From an uncultured bacterium (GTDB lineage: Bacteria; Patescibacteriota; Minisyncoccia; Phycocordibacterales; GWA1-40-21), in the NCBI GenBank assembly GCA_903831305.1, contig CAIKXE010000008.1, positions 25,105 through 89,104 on the forward strand: 64,000 nt of DNA, written 5' to 3'. The position numbers and the translations under genes were made by a program. This document shows, in pieces, positions 18,249 through 27,161 of this stretch (positions are counted from its first letter, which is position 1; the number at the start of each line of letters is the position of its first letter). Under the pieces are notes generated by a model. It had not been told where the DNA came from and did not search any database. It was given only the letters and a program-made list of their open reading frames with translations.

Positions 18249-20540
18249 TTAGACTTTTGCTATTTTATCTGGTCGGTGGTTTGGGCAAGTTTTGACGGAA
18301 CATCGCTCGGGGATAGTTTTTGTACCTTCCATCATGAGGGCCCCGCAGATTTTACAGAGGCTACCCGTCGGCTTGGCTTTAATAGCATTCTTACACTTGG
18401 GATAATTGGAACAGCTGTAAAATACGCCAAAGCGTCCGCGCTTCTCCGTCATCACGCCGTCCTTGCAGGTCGGGCAAGTAACACCGGTACTGTTCTGTCT
18501 TTCGAGCTCAGCATCCTTTTTAATGTATTTACACTTGGGATAATTGGAACAAGAGATAAACCGGCCAAACTTACCATCGCGTTCTACCAAGACGCCAGTT
18601 TTACAGTCTGGGCATTTTTCACCAGTTTCTTTTGGCCCAGCCATCTCTTCGCCGGTGATCTTTCGGGCACCAGTACACTCAGGGTATTTAGCACAGCTCA
18701 AGAATTTACCATTCTTTGATAGCTTGATAATCATCGGTCCACCACAGATCGGGCAAGCGTGTTTGCTATCTGCTTCACCAAAATTGTTTACTTTGTCTAT
18801 TTTGTCTTTCAATTTAATTTCTTTTAAGAACGGTCCGTAAAAGTCTTTTAAAGTTTTTAAATACTCCGCCTTACCTTCGGCAATAAAGTCCAGCTTGTCT
18901 TCCATCTCGGCGGTAAAGGTGTCACTGATATAATGAGCAAAATTATTTTCTAGGAAGCTACTGACCACATCACCGGTATCCGTCGGTACCAGAGCTTTAT
19001 TTATTTTTTCTACATAACCGCGGTCCTCAATCGTCTTGATAATAGAAGCATAGGTGGATGGTCGGCCAATATCCCTTTTTTCTAATTCCTTGATCAAGCC
19101 GGCTTCGGAATATCGGCTCGGTGGCTCGGTCTGTTTACCAAGGGCCGAAATATCTATAAGTTTAAGTTCATCACCAATAGTGACTTTGGGTAATATCACA
19201 TCATCACCCACACCCTCCGGATCAGCGGAGAGCCAACCCGGGAAAAGTAAGCGGGAACCATTGGCCCAAAAATCAGGGATCGCTGTATTGGTAGGAGGAA
19301 CTTTTGGAGATTTCTCGGAGCGATTAGGTACTCCGTTAAGCGGAGAGAATTCTCCGAGAGTTCCGACGATGGAAACAAAAATCTTGGTACGCATTATTTT
19401 AGCGTCAGTCATTTGGGAGGCCAGTGTCCTCTGCCAGATCAAGCGGTACAGTCTTTTCTGTTCATCATTTATTCCAGCATTTAGATTAGAAATATCCGTC
19501 GGACGAATAGCCTCATGCGCTTCCTGTGCATTTTTACTCTTGGCGGTAAAAGTGTGGGGCTCTAAATATTCCTTACCATATTTATTTTCAATCGTGCTAT
19601 AGATTTGGTTTAAGGCCACTTGGCTCAAGTTTACACTGTCCGTACGCATATAAGTAATATAACCCGCTTCATAAAGCTTCTGAGCAATACCCATGGTGCG
19701 TGAGGGAGCAAAGCCCAGGCGGGAACTGGCAGTTTGTTGCATAGTGGAGGTGGTAAAAGGGGCGCGAGCGGAGCGCTTGGTCTCGGTCTCAGTCACATCT
19801 TTTACTAGCCACTTTGACTTTCTTCCAGCTTCCAAGATTTTATTTACTATCTTTTCATCTCGCGGTTCCTCGGAACAGGTCAAAACTAAATCTTCATGTT
19901 TGGGTGTTTTGGTATTAGCGGTAATCTCCCAATAATTTTCTGGAATAAAAGCGCGGATTTCACGTTCCCGTTCCATAATTATACGGAGGGCGGGGGACTG
20001 CACTCGGCCAGCCGAGAGACCATAACGGACTTTTTTCCAAATCAAACCGGAAAGGTCATAACCAACCAAGCGGTCAAGTACTCGTCTGGCCTCCTGGGCT
20101 TGCTTTAGATTGTCATCTATCTCGCGTGGGTGCTTCATGGCTTCTTGCACCGCATCCTTGGTGATTTCATAAAAGACAACTCGTTTAGGGTTTTTTAGTC
20201 CTACGGCTTCTTTGATATGCCAAGCAATCGCTTCACCTTCACGGTCGGGGTCGGTCGCAAGTAGCACCTCTTCGGCTTTCTTAGCTAAAGCTTTAATTTC
20301 ACTAACCACCTTTTCCTTACCCGGGGAGATTTCATAATGGGGGATAAAACCACCCGGAATGTCTATGGCCTTTTTATTACTTTTTGGCAGATCGCGAATA
20401 TGCCCCACGCTCGCGCGGACTTCATATTTGCCATCCAAATATTTGGAAATGGTCTTGGCTTTTGATGGTGATTCTACAATTAAAAGTTTCATATATTTGC
20501 TAGTATGCCATAAATTTTTATTTTTACCAAGTTTGTACAC
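18249..20540 (-). CDS. topA: DNA topoisomerase I with C-terminal Zn-ribbon repeats
   Basis: Toprim N-terminus LLIVESPSKAKTI; catalytic region; multiple C4 ribbons (CPICGG, CPDCKTG, CPTCKDG). Confidence 0.85.
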   Translation of the reverse strand: MYKLGKNKNLWHTSKYMKLLIVESPSKAKTISKYLDGKYEVRASVGHIRDLPKSNKKAIDIPGGFIPHYEISPGKEKVVSEIKALAKKAEEVLLATDPDREGEAIAWHIKEAVGLKNPKRVVFYEITKDAVQEAMKHPREIDDNLKQAQEARRVLDRLVGYDLSGLIWKKVRYGLSAGRVQSPALRIIMEREREIRAFIPENYWEITANTKTPKHEDLVLTCSEEPRDEKIVNKILEAGRKSKWLVKDVTETETKRSARAPFTTSTMQQTASSRLGFAPSRTMGIAQKLYEAGYITYMRTDSVNLSQVALNQIYSTIENKYGKEYLEPHTFTAKSKNAQEAHEAIRPTDISNLNAGINDEQKRLYRLIWQRTLASQMTDAKIMRTKIFVSIVGTLGEFSPLNGVPNRSEKSPKVPPTNTAIPDFWANGSRLLFPGWLSADPEGVGDDVILPKVTIGDELKLIDISALGKQTEPPSRYSEAGLIKELEKRDIGRPSTYASIIKTIEDRGYVEKINKALVPTDTGDVVSSFLENNFAHYISDTFTAEMEDKLDFIAEGKAEYLKTLKDFYGPFLKEIKLKDKIDKVNNFGEADSKHACPICGGPMIIKLSKNGKFLSCAKYPECTGARKITGEEMAGPKETGEKCPDCKTGVLVERDGKFGRFISCSNYPKCKYIKKDAELERQNSTGVTCPTCKDGVMTEKRGRFGVFYSCSNYPKCKNAIKAKPTGSLCKICGALMMEGTKTIPERCSVKTCPNHRPDKIAKV

Positions 20541-20576
20541 TTTTTTGCATCTGCCTTTTAAATATATTTATAATGT

Positions 20577-20596
20577 AAAGTAAGCCATGGCTTACT
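20577..20596. promoter_or_regulatory. 20-bp perfect palindrome AAGTAAGCCATGGCTTACTT (copy 1), overlapping the -35 region upstream of the 20712 gene
   Basis: Exact self-complementary 20-mer. Identical copies at 21035-21054 and 21487-21506. Confidence 0.7.
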
Positions 20597-20711
20597 TGAT
20601 AATTAGCAATATAGTGTAAAGTGAAGAGGCATTTCAAATATAAGTTGATTTAATCATAAAATCTGGTACTCTGTATTTTAGATAGAACTTAAACCAAGGA
20701 GGGTGTAAAGA

Positions 20712-20972
20712 ATGAAAATCAAGACCTGGGGAGAACCGTGGTATGAGGAGATGTCTCGTTCAAGAGACAATCGATGTCCTGAATGCCACGAGGGAACGCT
20801 TGGTAGACCAAGTATTGAGAATGTTGCGAAACTTCTCGTGGGTATTGATACGAGAGGTGGGTCTTTTAAGGTAACGGCTATCTTTAGATGCCCAAAGTGT
20901 GAGAATTTGTTCTGGTTTCACCTTGACCTCATATTTGCCGAATGGGTTCTAGAAGATATGGAGGATAGATAA
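20712..20972 (+). CDS. Small Zn-ribbon protein (CPECH...CPKCEN), 86 aa
   Basis: Two CxxC pairs; SD AAGGAGGG precedes the ATG; own terminator at 20973-21002. Confidence 0.55.
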   Translation: MKIKTWGEPWYEEMSRSRDNRCPECHEGTLGRPSIENVAKLLVGIDTRGGSFKVTAIFRCPKCENLFWFHLDLIFAEWVLEDMEDR

Positions 20973-21002
20973 AGTGGTTGGCCTGGAAACTAACCACTTT
21001 TA
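20973..21002 (+). terminator. Intrinsic terminator AGUGGUU...AACCACU followed by UUUU
   Basis: Hairpin followed by a T-run directly after the stop. Confidence 0.6.
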
Positions 21003-21034
21003 ACATTTATTTTTGAAAGTTAATATTGAATATA

Positions 21035-21054
21035 AAGTAAGCCATGGCTTACTT
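21035..21054. promoter_or_regulatory. 20-bp perfect palindrome AAGTAAGCCATGGCTTACTT (copy 2), overlapping the -35 of a promoter with extended -10 TGATATAAT
   Basis: Exact copy; followed by ...TTACAAAAACTGGATTTGTGATATAATG and the ATG at 21086. Confidence 0.7.
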
Positions 21055-21085
21055 ACAAAAACTGGATTTGTGATATAATGTAGAT

Positions 21086-21472
21086 ATGAAAAAACATTTA
21101 AAATATAAAGGGGTTACTGTTGGGGCTTTTGGTTTACCGGTATTGCTTTCTAATAAGAAAGATATTTCACGACGAGGAGAACCCGGAAGAAAATATTTTC
21201 AATACCAACGTTTTATCTATAATTTTAAAAATACCGCCCCAAGGGATTTGATTGTAATGTATGATATTCCGACTGAAAAGAAAAAGGAGAGGGAGTGGTT
21301 TAGACGGCATTTGCAGAAATTTGGTTATGTTATGATCCAGAAAAGTGTTTGGGTCGGTCCTTCACCTTTACCAAGAAATTTTCTGGACTATGTTAAAAAG
21401 CTAGGTCTTTTAAGTCAATTAAGGACATTAAAGCTCGCTAAACCATATTCGAGGTATGATCGAAATATGTAA
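21086..21472 (+). CDS. Cas2-fold-like (VapD/Cas2 superfamily) protein with N- and C-terminal extensions, 128 aa; orphan (no cas1 or array nearby)
   Basis: Core LIVMYDIPTEKKKEREWFRRHLQKFGYVMIQKSVWV follows the Cas2 pattern xxYDVxxxxRRxxLRKxLxxYGxRVQxSVF (beta1-alpha1-beta2 spacing). By-eye alignment only. Confidence 0.4.
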   Translation: MKKHLKYKGVTVGAFGLPVLLSNKKDISRRGEPGRKYFQYQRFIYNFKNTAPRDLIVMYDIPTEKKKEREWFRRHLQKFGYVMIQKSVWVGPSPLPRNFLDYVKKLGLLSQLRTLKLAKPYSRYDRNM

Positions 21473-21486
21473 TTCTATATTATCCC

Positions 21487-21506
21487 AAGTAAGCCATGGC
21501 TTACTT
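21487..21506. promoter_or_regulatory. 20-bp perfect palindrome AAGTAAGCCATGGCTTACTT (copy 3), upstream of the pilin-like gene
   Basis: Exact copy. Confidence 0.7.
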
Positions 21507-21602
21507 GTAATTATGACTAATTAGGTATTGAGTTGAGCCAAACGGTGTGTTGGTTTCCGATGTATATATGCTATTATATTAAGTACAAGTTTATTTAGTA
21601 TT

Positions 21603-22916
21603 ATGAAAAGAAAACACGGTTTTACACTTTTGGAAATATTATTAGTCATCGGTATCATCGCCATCCTTGCTGGTATCGTGATTTTAGCCATCAACCCCAC
21701 CAGACAATTTTCTAATATCCGCAATACTCAAAGAAAGATGAATCTAGCGGAAATCAACAAAGCTTTATACCAATATTATATAGATAATTCCGGTTATCCC
21801 TCCTCTATCACTACTACCCTTACGGAAATCTGTGATACTGGAGCTACCTCAACTGGACACAGCTTGACTTGCACGGGTTTTGTGGATCTTTCCGCTCTTG
21901 TCCCTACCTATTTAGTAGCTATCCCACTTGATCCGAGTGGTGCTATCATCACAGGGGGAGCTGGTTATAAAGTCGCTTTTAATTCTAGTGGAAAGGTGTA
22001 TTTAGCTGGTACCCAGGCTGAAAATGGCGATTCAATTATTTTTGGAAACAATGCTGGGGTTACTATTTTTATTTCGGCAACGGGTGGGGCTATTACTTAT
22101 ACTGATGCCGATGGACAAAATGCCCGTTCTTCACCGGCTTATGCTGGTGGTTATAAACTCCATACCTTTACTACTGATGATGCTTTGATCGTGACGGCGG
22201 GTAGTGATAATGCTCAAGTGTTGGTAGTGGCTGGGGGAGGTGGAGGTGGAGGACGGATGGGTGGTGGTGGTGGGGCGGGTGGTCTGGTTTATACTTCGGC
22301 CGTAGCTGTGACAACCGGCACATATTCTATTGTCATTGGGGCTGGCGGCGCAGGGGCCACTAATTCAAGTACTAGAGGGAGTTCGGGTTCAAATACTTCT
22401 TTTGCGGCGATAATAGCAACAGGCGGTGGAGGAGGTGGAAGCAGAAACTCATCTCCCGCCAATGGAATAAATGGTGGTTCAGGTGGCGGTGGAGGTGGGG
22501 GTGCTGGAACAACTGGCGGGACGGGGACATCTGGACAGGGAAATAATGGCGGAAATGGGAATGGCGATGGCACCAACGGTGGCGGTGGAGGTGGAGGTGG
22601 TGCTGGTGCTGCTGCCAGTAATGTTTCAACGTTTGCACCAACTAGTGGAGGTGTGGGATTAGATTATAGTGGAATTTTTGGAACGGGGGCTGGTGTAGCT
22701 GGTTGGTTTGCTGGTGGTGGTGGAGGAGGGTCGGGCTCTTGGATGAATGCAGCTGGAGCGGGAGGAGGAGGCGGTGGCGGAACGGGAGGAATTTCGAGTG
22801 GTGGTGGTGTAAATGGAACAATTAATACTGGTGGTGGCGGTGGTGGTGGTGGAAACACAGTAAATACAGGTGGCAGTGGCGGGTCGGGCATTGTTATTGT
22901 TAGATATCGGTCATGA
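21603..22916 (+). CDS. Type IV pilin-like protein (class III signal peptide, cleavage site G/FTLLE) with a long Gly-rich low-complexity C-terminal region
   Basis: N-terminus MKRKHGFTLLEILLVIGIIAILAGIVILAI. C-terminus ~200 aa of GGGGxGG tracts. The Pro-rich antisense ORFs are artefacts. Confidence 0.75.
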   Translation: MKRKHGFTLLEILLVIGIIAILAGIVILAINPTRQFSNIRNTQRKMNLAEINKALYQYYIDNSGYPSSITTTLTEICDTGATSTGHSLTCTGFVDLSALVPTYLVAIPLDPSGAIITGGAGYKVAFNSSGKVYLAGTQAENGDSIIFGNNAGVTIFISATGGAITYTDADGQNARSSPAYAGGYKLHTFTTDDALIVTAGSDNAQVLVVAGGGGGGGRMGGGGGAGGLVYTSAVAVTTGTYSIVIGAGGAGATNSSTRGSSGSNTSFAAIIATGGGGGGSRNSSPANGINGGSGGGGGGGAGTTGGTGTSGQGNNGGNGNGDGTNGGGGGGGGAGAAASNVSTFAPTSGGVGLDYSGIFGTGAGVAGWFAGGGGGGSGSWMNAAGAGGGGGGGTGGISSGGGVNGTINTGGGGGGGGNTVNTGGSGGSGIVIVRYRS

Positions 22917-22997
22917 TGCCGTCAACGTCGTATGTTGACAGCGGAGGTGATAGCAAGCCCTTTCATTTTTGGCTTAAATAGAGTATTCTCTAGACTT

Positions 22998-24458
22998 ATG
23001 GCCAATGATGAGTCCATCTTAAAATTTGAGAAAGTCACTTTTGGTTACAGTGAAAATATACCCTTGATGAGCGAGGTGGATTTTTCTATTCGCCGAGGAA
23101 CCAAGACTACTATTATGGGACAAAACGGTGCCGGAAAAAGCACTTTGTTTGGCTTGATTACCGGCAGTCTCACACCGGAGGAGGGGCGGGTCAATGTGGT
23201 GACTGGTGTCTCTATTGCTCTATCCCGGCAAGTGATCCCGCGCGCCGAGCTGGACTTGACTGTGCGGGAATTTTTCCAAAAATGTTTTTCGGAAAAAGTT
23301 TATGATATTGATCCGAGGATTGATGATATTTTGGAAGTCGTAAATTTAAAGGGACATGTCAAAGTACATGACCGTATCATCCGCTCTTTTTCTGGTGGTC
23401 AGCAAGCCAGATTGCTTTTGGCTTCCGCTCTGATTCAAAAGCCGGACCTGTTATTACTAGATGAGCCCACTAATAATTTGGATAAAGCAGGGATTGAGCA
23501 TTTGACTAAGTTTTTGATTAATTATGAAAAGACTTGCTTGGTAATTTCTCACGATGCGGATTTTTTGAATAGTTTTACGGATGGGGTGCTGTATCTAGAT
23601 GTCTATACCAGAAAGATTGAACAGTACGTGGGTAACTATTTTGATGTGCGCGAGCAGATAGTGGCGCGCCAGGAAAAAGAAAATCGTAAGAATGCTCAGC
23701 TGGCTAAAGAGATACAAGAAAAAAAAGATAAGGCAAACTTTTTTGCGAATAAGGGTGGGCAGATGCGCCTAGTAGCCAAGCGGATGCGGGAGAAGGCGGA
23801 TGAATTGGAAGAAGAAAAGGTGGATACACGAAAAGAGGATCGAACTATCCGGCCTTTTATTATTCCTGCACAAGCGGATTTGCTGGGCGAGCTCGTTTCT
23901 ATCACCTCATTTAAAATTATGAAGAATCACAAGTCCGTCACCAGGAAGACAGATATAAAACTGAAACGGGGGAATCATTTGCTCTTGCGTGGACCAAATG
24001 GTATTGGTAAAAGTACTTTACTGGAAGCCATTGCCAAGAACGAAGCCGAGGGGACGCGGATTTCACCGGACGTGGAGATCGGCTATTACCGGCAAGACTT
24101 TTCTACTTTGAATTTTGAGGATACCGTCTATCAGTCCCTCTCGGCGGTGTGTAAAAAGCAAAGTGAAGAGACGATGCGGAGTGTGGCGGCCGGTTTTCTG
24201 ATCACGGGGGATTTGATCCATAATAAAATCGGTAATTTGTCCGAGGGACAAAAAGGTCTGGTAGCTTTTGCCAGACTGGTTTTACAAAAACCAGGCCTTT
24301 TGATTTTAGATGAGCCGACGAATCATATAAACTTTCGGCATATTCCGGTGATTGCTGAAGCACTGGACAAATATGAGGGGGCGATGATTCTGGTCAGTCA
24401 CGTGCCAGACTTTGTGAGTAAAATCCGGATTGACTATACTTTGGACTTGGAAAAATAA
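22998..24458 (+). CDS. ABC-F family ATPase (two ABC cassettes, no TMD)
   Basis: Walker A GQNGAGKST and GPNGIGKST; signature LSGGQQARL and LSEGQKGLV; charged inter-domain linker. Start set at MANDESILKFEKVTFGY. Confidence 0.8.
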   Translation: MANDESILKFEKVTFGYSENIPLMSEVDFSIRRGTKTTIMGQNGAGKSTLFGLITGSLTPEEGRVNVVTGVSIALSRQVIPRAELDLTVREFFQKCFSEKVYDIDPRIDDILEVVNLKGHVKVHDRIIRSFSGGQQARLLLASALIQKPDLLLLDEPTNNLDKAGIEHLTKFLINYEKTCLVISHDADFLNSFTDGVLYLDVYTRKIEQYVGNYFDVREQIVARQEKENRKNAQLAKEIQEKKDKANFFANKGGQMRLVAKRMREKADELEEEKVDTRKEDRTIRPFIIPAQADLLGELVSITSFKIMKNHKSVTRKTDIKLKRGNHLLLRGPNGIGKSTLLEAIAKNEAEGTRISPDVEIGYYRQDFSTLNFEDTVYQSLSAVCKKQSEETMRSVAAGFLITGDLIHNKIGNLSEGQKGLVAFARLVLQKPGLLILDEPTNHINFRHIPVIAEALDKYEGAMILVSHVPDFVSKIRIDYTLDLEK

Positions 24459-24472
24459 GAATCATAAGGCTG

Positions 24473-24542
24473 AAAGTTCTCAGAACATACTTTCCGTTTA
24501 ACGGAGTACCTAATCACTCCAAGTATGTTCTGAAAACTTTCA
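24473..24542. repeat. Long inverted repeat (21-bp arms GAAAGTTCTCAGAACATACTT / AAGTATGTTCTGAAAACTTTC, 1 mismatch) enclosing an inner palindrome TCCGTTTAACGGA
   Basis: Read directly; lies between the ABC-F gene and the RGG/Zn-ribbon gene. Confidence 0.6.
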
Positions 24543-24611
24543 ACCCTTGCTATTTTATGAGAAATAGTACATAATGTACTTTCACTATTTTAATAACTAA
24601 TTAATAAAAAC

Positions 24612-25163
24612 ATGGGAGAATTCAGATCAGGTGGAACAAATAGATTTAGTGGCGGTCATGGTGGACATGGCGGTGGTTTTGCTGGCCGTGGTGGCCGACC
24701 GAGCTTTGGTGGGGGTAATAGGGGTGGTTTCCGTGGTAATGACCGTGGTCCGGTGACTATGCATAAAGTAGTTTGTGACGAATGTAAAAAGCCTTGCGAA
24801 GTGCCCTTTTTACCGACCGCTGGTAAGCCAGTTTATTGTAGTGCTTGTTTTGGTGGTAAAAGAGAAGGTGGTAATGACCGCGGTGGTGACAGATTCCCTA
24901 AAAAAAACTTTGGGGATTACAAGACCCCGCCTCGTACAGACTTTGGTAATGATGTAAACAAAGTGAGTGGTAGCGAGATCAAAAAGCAGATTGAAGTTTT
25001 AAATGTGAAGATCGATCGTTTGACCAAGGTGATAGAGGGTATGACTAATATCAAACCAGTAGTTGCCGAACAAAAGGTTAAAGAAGTGGTGAAAGAGAGC
25101 TTCAAAATGACCCCGGTCGTCAAAACCAAGAAAACCGTCAAAAAGGTTTCCAAAAAGAAATAA
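24612..25163 (+). CDS. Gly/Arg-rich protein with central CxxC-x17-CxxC Zn-ribbon and Lys-rich C-terminus (putative nucleic-acid binding)
   Basis: N-terminal RGG/GGF repeats, Zn-ribbon VVCDECKKPCEVPFLPTAGKPVYCSACF, then a K-rich tail. Confidence 0.55.
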   Translation: MGEFRSGGTNRFSGGHGGHGGGFAGRGGRPSFGGGNRGGFRGNDRGPVTMHKVVCDECKKPCEVPFLPTAGKPVYCSACFGGKREGGNDRGGDRFPKKNFGDYKTPPRTDFGNDVNKVSGSEIKKQIEVLNVKIDRLTKVIEGMTNIKPVVAEQKVKEVVKESFKMTPVVKTKKTVKKVSKKK

Positions 25164-25181
25164 ATAGTATATACTAATTCT

Positions 25182-25289
25182 ATGGCAAAAAGAGCAAGTC
25201 AAGATATTAAAAATAAGACCTCGCGTTCTCGCAAGACTAAGAAACGTCTGGCGATAAAGCACGCCCGCTTGGGCAAGGGTCAGAAATAG
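25182..25289 (+). CDS. Small very basic ORF (35 aa, MAKRASQDIKNKTSRSRKTKKRLAIKHARLGKGQK), ribosomal-protein-like composition; identity unknown
   Basis: Short ORF, too basic to be chance-like, located between genes; not in the track (<60 aa). Confidence 0.3.
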   Translation: MAKRASQDIKNKTSRSRKTKKRLAIKHARLGKGQK

Positions 25290-25299
25290 GAAATTTATC

Positions 25300-25974
25300 A
25301 TGATATTCCTGAATTCCAATAGTCCGGCCGAGTGTGCCAGAATACTAGCAGAAAGAATTGGAAGTTTCCTGGCTCAGGATAAAAAGGTACTGTGGCTACT
25401 TTCTGGTGGTTCTAATATTAACATTTCTGTTCTTACCTTAGATATTTTAAAAGAGCATTTTCCACTCAAGTTAAAAACTAATTTAGCGGTTAGCCTGGTA
25501 GATGAGCGATATGGGCCAGTCGGCCATCCGGATTCAAATTGGCAGCAGCTTTTGGAGGCTGATTTTTCATTAGATGAAATTATCTCCGAACCAGTTTTGA
25601 CTGGTTTATCATTAGAGGAGACTGTAAAAAATTTTAGTGAGAATTATAAAAGAATCTCTACTTGGGCGGATGTGGTGATCGGTCAGATGGGGATTGGGCT
25701 TGATGGTCATACCGCTGGTATCTTACCGGAGTCACCCGCTGTGACTGAGTCAGGCATTGCTTGTAGCTATGAAGCGTTGAAGTACACTCGCATTAGTTTA
25801 ACTTTGACGACTATTAAATCCATAAATGCCTCTTATGCTTTTCTAATCGGCAGTACAAAAAAGCTGGTTATCTATTATCTTCGAAGTCGGGATTTCCCTT
25901 ATGCTGAAATGCCGGCTCAAGTTCTGAAAGATATCCCGGAGTCATATGTGTATAGTGTGGAGGCTACTGATTAG
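25300..25974 (+). CDS. 6-phosphogluconolactonase / glucosamine-6-P deaminase family protein
   Basis: Motif LWLLSGGSNIN; DERYGP; fold-family length. Confidence 0.6.
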   Translation: MIFLNSNSPAECARILAERIGSFLAQDKKVLWLLSGGSNINISVLTLDILKEHFPLKLKTNLAVSLVDERYGPVGHPDSNWQQLLEADFSLDEIISEPVLTGLSLEETVKNFSENYKRISTWADVVIGQMGIGLDGHTAGILPESPAVTESGIACSYEALKYTRISLTLTTIKSINASYAFLIGSTKKLVIYYLRSRDFPYAEMPAQVLKDIPESYVYSVEATD

Positions 25975-26729
25975 TGGGTGGTACTGATTGCTCCAAGTCC
26001 TATCATTATGAGAATACCAGTGGCAAACCAGGTTAGGTGTTTTATAATGTGCATCTTGGTGGTAGAAGTTTTTATGGAGTGGGGGATGAGGTCTTGAATT
26101 ACGACGATTAAAAAGGAGCCAGCCGCCAAGCCTAAGAGCGGTATCTCAATAAATTTAAAATATTTTAGCAGAAAAAAGCCACCGACTGAACCAAAGAGGA
26201 TGGTTGCGGAGGCGCTAAAATTAACTAGCAAGGCTTTCTTGGTAGAATAGCCGGCTTGTTTTAATACAAAAAATTCTGATATCTCCTGGATTATCTCGTG
26301 AATAAAAATACTGATAGTCGCGGCCAGACCAAGAGTACTATTGATGGCAAAGGAGGTCACAAGTAATAAGCCATCACCCATATTGTGTATGGCATCACCA
26401 AATATTATCCGGCGAGCATCAAGCGGGGAGTGTTTAGGCTCCTCTGTTTCATTGTCATGGTGGTGATGAAAGGAAGGAAGGAATTTAAATATTAGCCAGA
26501 CCGAGAGAACACCAATCAAAATCCAGGTTAGGCCCATTTGTATACTCTCTGCTTCTCTTGTGATTTCAAGTATTAATTTATAGGTAATAAATAGAAATAC
26601 TCCAGCCGAAAAACTAACCAGAAAGTGTAGGTTCTGTTCTATCAGCCGACCCATATGCTTCCAGACGGATATGACACCGATTAGGGAAGCTAGCATTATT
26701 ACGAGTGATGAGAATATTATTTCAATCAT
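25971..26729 (-). CDS. ZIP family metal (zinc) transporter
   Basis: Multi-TM protein with His-rich loop HHHHDNETEEPKH and HEIIQEISEF (ZIP signature HExPxE-like). Confidence 0.7.
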   Translation of the reverse strand: MIEIIFSSLVIMLASLIGVISVWKHMGRLIEQNLHFLVSFSAGVFLFITYKLILEITREAESIQMGLTWILIGVLSVWLIFKFLPSFHHHHDNETEEPKHSPLDARRIIFGDAIHNMGDGLLLVTSFAINSTLGLAATISIFIHEIIQEISEFFVLKQAGYSTKKALLVNFSASATILFGSVGGFFLLKYFKFIEIPLLGLAAGSFLIVVIQDLIPHSIKTSTTKMHIIKHLTWFATGILIMIGLGAISTTH

Positions 26730-26847
26730 AATTTTATAATGTAATTACTCTAGCATAGTTTTATATTTTTATCACTAAATAAATGAATATAAATAAGGTT
26801 TAAAACCGGGCACTCTTTACAGTGTGTGCTATTAAGTATCCAAATAC

Positions 26848-26856
26848 TTATCCACA
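26848..26856 (+). promoter_or_regulatory. Perfect DnaA box TTATCCACA immediately upstream of the lexA-operon -35
   Basis: Exact 9-mer. Confidence 0.45.
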
Positions 26857-26857
26857 G

Positions 26858-26886
26858 TTGACGGTGAACGAACGTTCACCTATAAT
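26858..26886 (+). promoter_or_regulatory. Sigma70 promoter TTGACG-17-TATAAT
   Basis: -35 at 26858-26863, -10 at 26881-26886. Confidence 0.6.
26864..26879 (+). promoter_or_regulatory. LexA operator (Cheo-box type, GTGAACGAACGTTCAC, GAAC-N4-GTTC) exactly filling the promoter spacer
   Basis: Palindrome matching the Gram-positive-type SOS box consensus CGAACRNRYGTTCG; lies upstream of the lexA operon. Confidence 0.7.
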
Positions 26887-26937
26887 ACCTATATAACAAA
26901 AGTCGGGTAATTATTAGGTGGTTAATTTAATAAAAAT

Positions 26938-27153
26938 ATGAGCAAATATGTTTTAGAGAAAAATATTCGCGGTGAGCTAAAGAGGATCAATGATATTATT
27001 GATCTTAAAATTATCAGAGGGATGCCTTATAAGAGAGAGTCTCTAAGACATCGTTTTTTGCTGTATCGATTGGTGGATTTACACCGCTTGCCCAAGTTTC
27101 ATTCTAACTGGTTTGCGCGGTCAGTAAATGTCATTGCTACTTTTCTGCTATAA
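26938..27153 (+). CDS. Hypothetical small protein (71 aa), first gene of the SOS-box-controlled operon
   Basis: ORF between the LexA box/promoter and lexA. Confidence 0.4.
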   Translation: MSKYVLEKNIRGELKRINDIIDLKIIRGMPYKRESLRHRFLLYRLVDLHRLPKFHSNWFARSVNVIATFLL

Positions 27154-27161
27154 TACTATAT

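Noticed and set aside
20577-21506. CRISPR array interpretation of the three 20-bp palindromes next to a Cas2-like gene
   Set aside because: The repeats are ~450 bp apart with full genes between them, and the repeat itself is a perfect palindrome at promoter positions. That is operator-like, not a repeat-spacer array.
22289-22891. Pro-rich minus-strand ORFs (PPPPPPP...)
   Set aside because: Reverse-frame artefacts of the GGN-rich region encoding the Gly-rich pilin tail.
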